Shown: one piece after another, positions 1 to 8,455 of the stretch
Position numbering within the stretch: position 1 is the stretch's first letter
How the letters are laid out: every line of letters starts with the position of its first letter
Source of the DNA: Bifidobacterium sp.
GTDB taxonomy: Bacteria; Actinomycetota; Actinomycetes; Actinomycetales; Bifidobacteriaceae
Direction: 5' to 3'
DNA length: 64,000 bases
Assembly (NCBI GenBank): GCA_022739095.1
Contig: JAIJEI010000001.1
Span: forward strand, 102 to 64,101
Position numbers and translations under genes: made by a program
The notes under the pieces: model-generated
What the model was told of the DNA's origin: nothing
Databases searched by the model: none
What the model saw: only the letters and a program-made list of their open reading frames with translations

Positions 1-18
1 TGGAAAAGAGGTGGTCGC

Positions 19-873
19 ATGACTGAGCAAATCCAGGTTGATGCTGTGAATTCTGAGGCCGTCGCAGCATTCGAAACCGCAGGTCCATCCGCGGTCTCCG
101 ACTGCAAAGGCTTCGAAGTCAAGCATCTGGTCAAGCAATACGCCAATGCGGATAAGCCTGTGCTCGACGATATCTCCTTCAAAGTGGAGCATGGCACGGT
201 GCTAGTGGTGCTCGGTCCTTCCGGTTCCGGCAAATCCACACTGCTGCGCACCATTGCCGGGCTTGAGCCGATTCAGGGTGGCACGATTTCCATCAACGAT
301 CAGGTGATCGATACCGGAAAACCCGGCACGGAACGAGCCGGACGCTCCAACCGTTCCAGCGAGCTGAGAACCCGTATCGGCATGGTGTTCCAAAGCTATG
401 ATTTGTTCCCGAACAAAACCGTGCTTGGCAACATCACCATGGCACCGGTGCTCGTGCAGAAGCGAGGCAAGGCCGAGGTGGAGGCTGAAGCAATCCGGTT
501 GCTTGGCCGTGTGGGACTTGCCGATCGCAAGGACTCCTGGCCACATGAACTGTCCGGTGGCCAGCGACAGCGCGTCGCCATCTGCCGGGCGCTGATTCTG
601 CACCCGGAAGTACTGCTGCTCGATGAGATTACGGCGGCTCTCGACCCCGAAATGGTGCGTGAGGTGCTCGACGTGGTTTTGGAGCTTGCCAAAGCCGGGC
701 AGACCATGCTTATCGTGACCCATGAAATGCAGTTCGCCCGGGCCATTGCCGACCATGTGATTCTGCTGGATGGTGGCCATATCGTCGAGGAATCACATGA
801 CGCGCACACCTTCTTCGAACACCCGCAAACCGAACGTGCGCAGCAGTTCCTGCACACCTTCGAATTCGAGTGA
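19..873 (+). CDS. Polar amino-acid ABC transporter ATP-binding protein (GlnQ/TcyC type)
   Basis: Walker A GPSGSGKST, LSGGQRQR signature, LLLDEITAALDPE; RBS GAGGTGG upstream. Confidence 0.93.
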   Translation: MTEQIQVDAVNSEAVAAFETAGPSAVSDCKGFEVKHLVKQYANADKPVLDDISFKVEHGTVLVVLGPSGSGKSTLLRTIAGLEPIQGGTISINDQVIDTGKPGTERAGRSNRSSELRTRIGMVFQSYDLFPNKTVLGNITMAPVLVQKRGKAEVEAEAIRLLGRVGLADRKDSWPHELSGGQRQRVAICRALILHPEVLLLDEITAALDPEMVREVLDVVLELAKAGQTMLIVTHEMQFARAIADHVILLDGGHIVEESHDAHTFFEHPQTERAQQFLHTFEFE

Positions 874-938
874 TTCGATTGCGCCATATCGACGTATTTG
901 AGAAAAAATATCAATAACAACAAGAGAAGGAGAACCCA

Positions 939-1841
939 ATGAGTATCAAGGTTGGGAAATCATTCAAAGCACTGATTGCCGCAGGCACGGCACTGGTAAT
1001 GGCGGCATCCATGGCCGCATGCGGTCCGTCCGCAGGCACCCCGAGCGAAGCGAAGTCCTCCGACACAGGCACCAGCTCCAGCTCCAACGCCAGGGCCCGC
1101 AGCCTCGACGAGATCAAGAAGAGCGGCAAGATCAAGATTGCCGTCTTCTCCGACAAGGCGCCATTCGGCTACGTGGACAAGGACGGCAAGTACCAGGGCT
1201 ATGACGTCTACTTCGCCGAACAGCTGGCCAAGGATCTGGGTGTGGAGCCGGAATACACGTCGGTCGACCCGGCCGCTCGTGTGGACGTGCTCACCTCCAA
1301 CAAGGTCGATCTGGTGCTAGCCAACTTCACCGTCACCGATGAGCGCAAGGAGAAGGTCGACTTCGCCAAGCCGTACATGAAGGTGGCGCTTGGTGTGGTC
1401 TCCCCGGAGAGCGCCCAGATCACCGATGTCAGCCAGCTCGACGGCAAGACCCTGATCATCGCCAAGGGCACCACCGCCGAAACCTGGTTCGAGAAGAACG
1501 CGCCGAACGTCAAGCTGCAGAAGTACGACCAGTACGCCGATGCCTACAACGCGCTGCTGGACGGCCGTGGTGACGCCTTCTCCACCGACAACACCGAGGT
1601 GCTCGCCTGGGCCAAGTCCAACAAGGGATTCAAGGTCGGTATCACCCACCTTGGTGACGACGACATCATCGCGCCCGCCGTGCAGAAGGGCAACACCGAA
1701 CTGCTGAACTTCGTGAACGACGAGATCGTCAAGCTCGGCAAAGACAACTTCTTCCACAAGGATTACGAGAAGACCTTGGCACCGGTCTACGGCAACGAAG
1801 TCAACCCCGATGACATTGTGGTAGAAGGCGGAGAGATCTGA
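939..1841 (+). CDS. Amino-acid (cysteine-type) ABC substrate-binding lipoprotein
   Basis: Lipobox MAAC; SBP family 3 motifs (DKAPFGY, GYDV, NFTVTDERKEKVDFAKPY). Confidence 0.9.
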   Translation: MSIKVGKSFKALIAAGTALVMAASMAACGPSAGTPSEAKSSDTGTSSSSNARARSLDEIKKSGKIKIAVFSDKAPFGYVDKDGKYQGYDVYFAEQLAKDLGVEPEYTSVDPAARVDVLTSNKVDLVLANFTVTDERKEKVDFAKPYMKVALGVVSPESAQITDVSQLDGKTLIIAKGTTAETWFEKNAPNVKLQKYDQYADAYNALLDGRGDAFSTDNTEVLAWAKSNKGFKVGITHLGDDDIIAPAVQKGNTELLNFVNDEIVKLGKDNFFHKDYEKTLAPVYGNEVNPDDIVVEGGEI

Positions 1842-1934
1842 CGGACATACGCAGCCGACGCCGAGCCGCGGCAGCGGCGAGGTGTGTTGGGTCGGTTGTC
1901 AGGCCGTCCATTCTTGCAGGACGGAGAGATCTGA
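1829..1934. repeat. 13-bp direct repeat CGGAGAGATCTGA flanking an 80-bp GC-rich segment
   Basis: Identical copies at 1829-1841 (end of the SBP gene including its stop) and 1922-1934. Confidence 0.75.
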
Positions 1935-1936
1935 TT

Positions 1937-2000
1937 ATACCCGTTCATAACCAACACATATAGCAACGCCGGCCTTCGGGCCGGCGTCTTGCGTTAAGGT
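1937..2000 (+). promoter_or_regulatory. Conserved ATA-N7-ATA-N9-TATA box plus -10 hexamer TAAGGT (1995)
   Basis: ATA CCCGTTC ATA ACCAACACA TATAG; same geometry at five other promoters in the window. Confidence 0.75.
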
Positions 2001-2063
2001 CGTAATCGTGCCGCGCGGGGAACGGCTTCGCGCAGATGACGCAACACTTTAAGGGGGTGCGCA

Positions 2064-3296
2064 ATGACCAGATTCAATACTCAGCTCGTCCACGGACTGC
2101 CGGTTGACGATAACAACACCGGAGCTGTGAACCCGCCGATTTACAATTCGACGACATATGCCTTTGAGAGGGTCGACGCGATGCCCCGTTACGACTATGC
2201 GCGCAGCGGCAATCCCACACGTGACTTCCTGGAACAGCAGATCGCCCAGCTTGAGCAGGGAACGCGCGGTTTTGCGTTCGCCTCCGGCTTGGCGGCGATT
2301 CATGCCGTGCTCAGCATTTTCAAGCCCGGCGACCGTATTATTGTAGGGGACAACATTTACGGTGGGTCGTATTCGCAGCTCAATGAGTTCTTTACCCGTT
2401 GGGGCGTCGTGGTCGAATCGGTCAATACCCAGGACATTGCAGCGTTGGAGGCCGCCGTCAAGGGCGACCGCGCGAACGGCATCGCGCCTGCCCAAGCCGT
2501 CTACTTTGAAACCCTGACCAATCCACTGCTCAAGGTCAACGATGTACGCGCCATTTCCGCAACGGCCCACCGTTACGGTGCGCTGTCCATCGTGGACAAC
2601 ACGTTCGTGACCCCGTACCTGCAGCAGCCGCTTTCCCTTGGCGCGGATGTGGTAATCCACTCCGCCACCAAGTACCTGGCCGGTCACTCCGATGTCAATG
2701 CCGGTCTCGTGGTCGTCTCCGGTGAGGATTTGTCCAATCGCGTGTACTTCGCCCAGAACCGTCTTGGAGGGGTGCTGGCGCCCACTGAATGCGATTCGGT
2801 GCGCCGCGGCATCCAGACATTGGCCCTGCGCATAGACCGGCAGCAGGAGAACGCGAATGCCATCGCGCGGTACCTGCTTGCGCATCCTCTGGTCAAGTCC
2901 GTTCATTACCCGGGTCTGCCGGGTGCCGGCGACCAGCGACTCGCCGCCAAGGGACTGAAGGGTGCCGGTGGTGTGCTGAGCTTTGAAGTAGTGCCTGGTG
3001 TGGACCCGGCGGATGTGCTCAACAATCTGCACATCTTCCATCTGGCCGTCTCCCTCGGCGCAGTTGAATCGCTCGCGGAATTGCCCTGTCGCATGACCCA
3101 CTTCGAACTGCCCCGTGAGGAGCGTCTGAAGATCGGCATCACCGACGAGCTGGTGCGTCTTGCCATCGGTATCGAGGATGCCAATGACCTGATCGAAGAT
3201 CTTGGTCAGGCTTTCGACATCGCCTACGCCCGTTACCTCGAGCGTCATGCCGATTCCGATATCTTCGGAGAATTGACCTCGGGGGTGTTTGCCTAA
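2064..3296 (+). CDS. Cys/Met metabolism PLP enzyme (cystathionine beta/gamma-lyase or gamma-synthase)
   Basis: YARSGNPT, FASGLAA, DNTF, HSATKYLAGHSD (PLP lysine), VSLGAVESL. Confidence 0.92.
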   Translation: MTRFNTQLVHGLPVDDNNTGAVNPPIYNSTTYAFERVDAMPRYDYARSGNPTRDFLEQQIAQLEQGTRGFAFASGLAAIHAVLSIFKPGDRIIVGDNIYGGSYSQLNEFFTRWGVVVESVNTQDIAALEAAVKGDRANGIAPAQAVYFETLTNPLLKVNDVRAISATAHRYGALSIVDNTFVTPYLQQPLSLGADVVIHSATKYLAGHSDVNAGLVVVSGEDLSNRVYFAQNRLGGVLAPTECDSVRRGIQTLALRIDRQQENANAIARYLLAHPLVKSVHYPGLPGAGDQRLAAKGLKGAGGVLSFEVVPGVDPADVLNNLHIFHLAVSLGAVESLAELPCRMTHFELPREERLKIGITDELVRLAIGIEDANDLIEDLGQAFDIAYARYLERHADSDIFGELTSGVFA

Positions 3297-3331
3297 CCCA
3301 ATATTGTTTTTCTGCCTATTCTTACTCCTGG

Positions 3332-3371
3332 AAGGCGGCGTCGGTTGTGCCACACCGACGCCGCCTTTTCT
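3332..3371 (+). terminator. Intrinsic terminator hairpin
   Basis: AAGGCGGCGTCGGT / ACCGACGCCGCCTT stem followed by T residues. Confidence 0.75.
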
Positions 3372-3458
3372 ATGCCTTTGCATCTGCCTCTATGATGAAT
3401 ATGTTCAAGAACGTCGTAGCCGCATCAGCAAGGTGCGGTGTATCAGGAAAGGCTCAAT

Positions 3459-3710
3459 ATGACCATCGATGTGTACGGTGCCACGTGGTGCGGTGATTGC
3501 CGTCAGGCGAAGAATACGCTGGATGAGCTGGGCGCACAGTACGTCTGGCATAACATCGAGGAAGAAGACGGTGCCGCCGACCGTGCCGTGGCCATCAGCG
3601 GACAGCAGCACATCCCGGTGGTGCTGTATGGCGATGGCTCCTTCCAAGTGGAACCTTCCGCAGTGGATATCAAGAACAAGCTTCAGGAGCTGGGTCTGTT
3701 GGCTGGCTGA
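3459..3710 (+). CDS. Glutaredoxin/mycoredoxin-like redox protein (paralog 1)
   Basis: YGATWCGDC CxxC motif, HIPVV cis-Pro motif; RBS GAAAGG before ATG 3459. Confidence 0.88.
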   Translation: MTIDVYGATWCGDCRQAKNTLDELGAQYVWHNIEEEDGAADRAVAISGQQHIPVVLYGDGSFQVEPSAVDIKNKLQELGLLAG

Positions 3711-3717
3711 GATCGCG

Positions 3718-3743
3718 CAACCGCACTTGTGTAAGTGCGGTTG
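3718..3743. terminator. Hairpin between convergent genes
   Basis: CAACCGCACTT-GTGT-AAGTGCGGTTG perfect 11-bp stem. Confidence 0.65.
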
Positions 3744-3977
3744 TCAGTACATGCGTTCTATGCGCATCGAAGGCCGCAGTAATCCTCCGAGCAGCATCTC
3801 AGTGAGGCGCTCCATGATTTCTTCGTCCAAGGTTGCGACTTTGACGGCGTTACGTGCTTCCGGATCAATACATTTGGCCTGTTCGATTTCTGCCCAACCG
3901 TGAATTTGTCCGCCGTTTTCAAGTGGAATAGTGCCCACGTTGACATGGAGCGGATATTCCCGATTGGTCGTGCTCAT
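3744..3977 (-). pseudogene. mazF: N-terminally truncated PemK/MazF-family toxin remnant
   Basis: MSTTNREYPLHV...GWAEIEQAKCIDPEARNAVKVATLDEEIMERL follows the C-terminal half of MazF; N-terminal RP motif and antitoxin absent; strong RBS AAGGAGG. Confidence 0.65.
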
Positions 3978-3978
3978 G

Positions 3979-4023
3979 CGTGTGCCTCCTTGGGTATATA
4001 CATAGTATATAAGGAGGCACACG
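3979..4023. promoter_or_regulatory. Inverted repeat covering the RBS and -10 of the mazF remnant (operator-like)
   Basis: CGTGTGCCTCCTT / AAGGAGGCACACG 13-bp perfect arms around TATATAC-ATA-GTATATA. Confidence 0.6.
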
Positions 4024-4040
4024 ATACATCTATAGAGAAG

Positions 4041-4081
4041 ACGCTTAGCGGCATTCCTGATATGAGGATACTGCTAAGCGT
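4041..4081 (-). terminator. Hairpin downstream of the VOC gene
   Basis: ACGCTTAGCGG...CTGCTAAGCGT imperfect stem. Confidence 0.5.
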
Positions 4082-4089
4082 GCGGATGT

Positions 4090-4878
4090 TCACACACTCC
4101 TGAATCGCGCCTGGCCGATGGTCACATCGAAGGACTTGCCGGCCGGAACGTCGTACTGCAGTTCGGTGATGCTGTTGCGCTCGCCTTGGACGAATCGCCA
4201 TGCACGGTCCTCGCCTACATTGAGATCGAAGTAGTGGCCGTTGGGCAGAGAATCATCCGTGCCTTCGGTGAGTGCCAGGTCAAACACGTCGGACCAGTGT
4301 GCGGCCACAGCGGCCGGATCAGGCACCTCGAAGAGCGCACAACGAGTGTTCACCTCGCCGATCGCATGCTGGTGCAGCAGTCCGCTTTTCTCATAACGAA
4401 CCAGCTGTTCGGATTCGCTTGCACCCCAATCGATGACGAACGGGTAGCGCAGGCCATGGTCGTCGCCCTTGATCCACAGCAGCTGCCAGCGGATTTCCTC
4501 GCCATCGGCGGTGGTGCGGTTGCCCGGCACGATCTCGCCGAGGTCAAGCCCCTTGGCGACGAGTCGTCCGGCTGCCTGCTCGATGCCATGCACATGCAGT
4601 GCTGGGCGGTAGAAGCCCACATATTCGGGCAGCAGTTCGCCGGCTTCGTGGAAGATAAGACCACGGTCCGGCGTTTCCGACAGTGCTTCCTCACGGCTGT
4701 ACAACGTCAGGAACTCGAGATAGTTGTCGGTGAAGTACGCCAGGGAGTTCTCCGTGCCGTGCCCCACATGCTTGCCGCCGTAGCGCGCGGTCAATCCCGC
4801 GCCGGCAAACGCCTGCTCGGCGGCTTTGAGGTCGTCTACGAATTCGACCGTATGATCCCACGTGAATTGTTGCGTCAT
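4090..4878 (-). CDS. VOC/glyoxalase-like family protein
   Basis: WDHTV, GGKHVGHGTENSLAYF..YLEFL, PFVIDW motifs typical of glyoxalase_3-type proteins. Confidence 0.8.
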   Translation of the reverse strand: MTQQFTWDHTVEFVDDLKAAEQAFAGAGLTARYGGKHVGHGTENSLAYFTDNYLEFLTLYSREEALSETPDRGLIFHEAGELLPEYVGFYRPALHVHGIEQAAGRLVAKGLDLGEIVPGNRTTADGEEIRWQLLWIKGDDHGLRYPFVIDWGASESEQLVRYEKSGLLHQHAIGEVNTRCALFEVPDPAAVAAHWSDVFDLALTEGTDDSLPNGHYFDLNVGEDRAWRFVQGERNSITELQYDVPAGKSFDVTIGQARFRSV

Positions 4879-4893
4879 AATGAGTCCCTGCCT

Positions 4894-5697
4894 TTACTTC
4901 GCGTTGCCGCCGAGTGCCGTGGTGCGTTCGACCGCTGCCAGCACCGCAGATTGTACGGATGCTGCGAACCCGGTTTTGTTCAACGTGTATGCCTCGGTGA
5001 TACCCACGCCACCGGGGGAGTTGTTGATGTTGAGCAGCACTTGCGGCAGTACGTCCTTCTGCTTGAGGAACTCGGTGCCGCCGATGATGGTATCGAGCGC
5101 GATGGCCTTGGCCACGTCGCGGGGCAGACCGGCGAGCACGCCCGCATCCACGTAGGCGTCGATGAAGTGGTAGACGATGTTCGGCGGGTAGAAGCCGGTG
5201 ATGACGTCGATAAGTCGTTCTTCGACATACAGTACCTTGCCGAAGGTGTTGAGAAATGCGTCCACATCCTCGCGCGTGGCATTCGCGTTCAGTGCCGCGC
5301 CGCTGTAGCCGTAGTCCACGGTGGTAAGTGTGTTCGGAATGATGCGTACGACGCGCCACCCATCACCAAGACTTTGTTCGAGCTTGGCGATGGTATAGCC
5401 GGCGACGATGGAGATCACCGTGGTCTTCGCCGGGTCGAAACGCTTTGCCACCGAAGCGGCCACGCCGGCGACATCATCCTGCGGGCGCACCGCGATCACC
5501 ACGATATCGGCATCTGGCGTGTCCGTCGGGGGTGTTAGTTCAGTGCCGTATGTGGTTGCCAGGAATTCGGCGCGTTCGCGTGAGATCTCCTCAACCCAAA
5601 TGTGATCGACCGGATACTCGGCGGACTTGCGTCGCACCGCCTCAATGATGGCGGTCGGCATATTGCCTCCGCCGATGAAGTACAGATTCGCTCCCAT
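4894..5697 (-). CDS. proC: Pyrroline-5-carboxylate reductase family protein
   Basis: FIGGGNM NAD(P)-binding, IAVRPQ, VISIVAG, RIIPNT, SPGG; divergent, possibly a paralog. Confidence 0.82.
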   Translation of the reverse strand: MGANLYFIGGGNMPTAIIEAVRRKSAEYPVDHIWVEEISRERAEFLATTYGTELTPPTDTPDADIVVIAVRPQDDVAGVAASVAKRFDPAKTTVISIVAGYTIAKLEQSLGDGWRVVRIIPNTLTTVDYGYSGAALNANATREDVDAFLNTFGKVLYVEERLIDVITGFYPPNIVYHFIDAYVDAGVLAGLPRDVAKAIALDTIIGGTEFLKQKDVLPQVLLNINNSPGGVGITEAYTLNKTGFAASVQSAVLAAVERTTALGGNAK

Positions 5698-5843
5698 CGT
5701 TGTTCCCTTCTTCTGATGATGGATGAAGATTCATGTCAGTTTCCGTCATACCGTACGAATGCCCGGATCGTCGTTGTTTCTCACGAAACAACTTATAGGT
5801 GTTCCTGATAGGCGCTTCAAGAATTCCGCAATGCCGCGGATAG

Positions 5844-5870
5844 ATAAGACGCTATAAGAAATGTCTGTAA
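5844..5870 (+). promoter_or_regulatory. ATA-N7-ATA-N9-TGTA box upstream of the UroD-like/Liv operon
   Basis: ATA AGACGCT ATA AGAAATGTC TGTAA; near-identical core to the 14161 box; no TANNNT at +36, but TTGACA at 5890. Confidence 0.6.
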
Positions 5871-6056
5871 TCCATCGGTGGCACTCAGCTTGACACGGGT
5901 ATCGGCGCTGCGGTTCGATGACAATTAACGCATGTAGCCCTGCGCCAATCCCACTATGAGCCAACCCGATTGGTTGGTCGTATCAAGGAAGGTGCGGACG
6001 CATCGACACATCCAACAGATCGTCACAGGTCAGTATCAGTAGAAGGGAACCCGAAC

Positions 6057-7100
6057 ATGGCCAATCGTCGCGCCGTCTTCCATGACATCGCCACTCACAA
6101 GTCCGAAACGCCGTACCTGGTCGGTGCCTGGCAGCATCTCGTCGGCCATGAATACGGCGTCGAGGAATTCGCCAATGCCTACATCGACTTCGTCAAGCGT
6201 TGGGATTGGGAGTGGGTGAAGATCAACCCGCGCGCCGTGTACTACGCCGAGGCTTGGGGTTCTCGCTACGACCGCAACGATTATGCCGGATTCGTGCTGC
6301 CGAAGAAGATCAGCGCCGCGATCACCGAACCGGATGACGTGCGCAAGATCAAGGAATTCAACGCTCCCGACAATGAGTACTTCGCCGAGGCCCTCGCCGC
6401 GGCCGCGCTCATCCGTCAGGGTCTTGAGGATCGTGCCGTGCTGCAGACCATCTTCTCGCCGCTGTCCGTGCTGCTGCAGATTGCCGATCTGCCGCTCTAC
6501 CCGGGCGACGATTACGCCACCGCGACGCTCACCGTCGAAGACGTGATCTTCAACCAACCTGAGGTTGCCAAGCTTGCGCTCGCCAATATCGCCCACACGC
6601 TTGCCTCCTACGCGCGTGCGCTGGTCCGTCCCGAATCCGAAGGCGGCGCCGGGCTCGACGGTGTGTTCTATGCGGTCACCGGCACGGTGAGCGAGGACTA
6701 TTTCGACGCGCAGCGTTACCTTGAATTCTCCGGACCGTACGACCGTATCGTGATCGACGCTGTGCACCGCGCCAACCCGGACGCCGTGGTGCTGCTGCAC
6801 ACCTGTCGCGCCGAATCCCATCCGAACTGGTTCGACACGACGGGCGTGGACCTGCTGCAGTGGGATCAGTACCAGCCGGGCAACCCGAAGGCGGACGCCG
6901 ACCTGACGGCCGCGCCGGTCGCTGGTGCCCCGTACGACCTGTTCACGCCGAATGGCGATGTCGAGCAGGTGCGTCGCGAACTGGCCGAGACCATCAAGTT
7001 GCGTGAAGGCAAACCGTTCCTGCTGGCACCGAGCTGCACGGTGCCGACTCCGGCAAGCGATGAGGTGCTGCAGGCGCTGAGCGACGCCCGCGTGGCCTGA
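6057..7100 (+). CDS. Uroporphyrinogen decarboxylase/MtaA-CmuA-like TIM-barrel protein (paralog 1)
   Basis: QTIFSPLSV, GAGLDGVFY, PYDRIV, LLHTC, FLLAPSCT; no RQAGR motif of true HemE; start set by RBS GAAGGGA. Confidence 0.8.
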   Translation: MANRRAVFHDIATHKSETPYLVGAWQHLVGHEYGVEEFANAYIDFVKRWDWEWVKINPRAVYYAEAWGSRYDRNDYAGFVLPKKISAAITEPDDVRKIKEFNAPDNEYFAEALAAAALIRQGLEDRAVLQTIFSPLSVLLQIADLPLYPGDDYATATLTVEDVIFNQPEVAKLALANIAHTLASYARALVRPESEGGAGLDGVFYAVTGTVSEDYFDAQRYLEFSGPYDRIVIDAVHRANPDAVVLLHTCRAESHPNWFDTTGVDLLQWDQYQPGNPKADADLTAAPVAGAPYDLFTPNGDVEQVRRELAETIKLREGKPFLLAPSCTVPTPASDEVLQALSDARVA

Positions 7101-7165
7101 ACCGTTCGTCGGGAGATCCATCCATCCAGACTTCATGATTTTTTCAAAATAGAGAGGGGAATATC

Positions 7166-8335
7166 ATGACCATCAAAACAACCATCCGCACCGCGGTTGC
7201 GGCCGCGGTCACCGTGGGAACGCTGATCGGCGTCTCCGCATGCGGCCTTGGCGGAGACTCCACCAGCGGCTCCGGCAGCTCCGGCGACACCGTGAACATC
7301 GGCGTCATCTACCCGAAGACCGGCCAGTACGCCGAATACGGCAAGCTGTTCCAGCAGGGCTTCGATCTGGCTGTCGCCAAGGTGAACAAGGACGGTGGCG
7401 TCAAGGGCAAGAAGCTGGGCCTCAAGTACTATGACACCCAGTCCGATGCCAAGCAGGACGCCGCCGTTGCCCCCAAGCTCGTGGCAGACAAGTCGATCAT
7501 CGCCGTGGTCGGCGATTACGCCTCGCCCGCCTCCTCGGCCGCTTCGCCCATTTTCCAGCAGGCCGGACTGGTGCACTACGGCTTCAACAACTCCGCACCG
7601 ACCTTCACCGACACCGGTGACCACGTGTGGACCCCGCAGATCGGCCAGGACAAGTACCAGAAGGCCAATGCGGATATCGTGGCCAAGAAGGCCAAGAAGA
7701 TCTCCGTGGTCTACATCGAGAACGATTGGGGCAAGCAGGCCTACCAGTACTTCAAACAGGAAGCCGAAAAGAACGGTACCCAAATCGTGTACGAGTCCAG
7801 CTACCTGCCCGACTCCACCGACCTGTCTCCGATCCTGATTCCGGCGCGCGATGCCAAGCCCGACGCGGTGGTCGATATCGGCTACGGCCCGGACGGCGCT
7901 CTGGTGATCAACACGCTGCGCGACAAGCTGGGTTACACCGGCCCGTACTTCGGCGGCCAGGAAACCAAGGAATTCCTTGACCTCGCCGGCAAGAACGCCG
8001 AGGGCTCGATTATCACCGGTTCATTCTCCGCCACCGGCACCAAGGATGCCAAGGCCCAGCAGTTCGTCAAGGACTTCAAGGCCAAGTACGGCAACAACCC
8101 GGGCAACTTCGAAGTGACCGCCTACCAGGCGATCATCGATCTCGCCTATGCGGCCAACAAGACCGAACCGACTCGTGAAGGCATCCAGAAGGCGTTGCAG
8201 ACCGTAACCGACTTCCCGCTCTATCAGGGCAACGGCGGCACGTTCAAGTTCAACCAGAAGGACCGTCGCGCCGACAACATCGATCCGATTCTGCTCATCG
8301 CCAAGGATGGCAAGTTCGAACAATACGAAGTCTGA
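7166..8335 (+). CDS. Branched-chain-amino-acid-type ABC substrate-binding lipoprotein (LivJ/K-like)
   Basis: Lipobox VSAC; IGVIYPKTG, NKDGGVKGKKL, AVVGDYAS. Confidence 0.9.
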   Translation: MTIKTTIRTAVAAAVTVGTLIGVSACGLGGDSTSGSGSSGDTVNIGVIYPKTGQYAEYGKLFQQGFDLAVAKVNKDGGVKGKKLGLKYYDTQSDAKQDAAVAPKLVADKSIIAVVGDYASPASSAASPIFQQAGLVHYGFNNSAPTFTDTGDHVWTPQIGQDKYQKANADIVAKKAKKISVVYIENDWGKQAYQYFKQEAEKNGTQIVYESSYLPDSTDLSPILIPARDAKPDAVVDIGYGPDGALVINTLRDKLGYTGPYFGGQETKEFLDLAGKNAEGSIITGSFSATGTKDAKAQQFVKDFKAKYGNNPGNFEVTAYQAIIDLAYAANKTEPTREGIQKALQTVTDFPLYQGNGGTFKFNQKDRRADNIDPILLIAKDGKFEQYEV

Positions 8336-8455
8336 TTTCCGCGGCTTTCCCGTGCTCCGCCGACGCTCCTGCCCTACGGTTCCACCGTATAGGGCCGGGG
8401 GCGTCGGCGAGGTATGGAAGAGGCATCGTAAATCGCAAATGAGGTAACACGCACA

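Noticed and set aside
2049..3383. Long antisense/alternate-frame ORFs (also 4186-5538, 8609-10036, 23058-24470, 34545-36137, 56949-58676)
   Set aside because: Shadows of well-supported genes in high-GC DNA, with no family motifs
6057..7100. Heme biosynthesis (hemE)
   Set aside because: HemE motif absent and no other tetrapyrrole genes nearby
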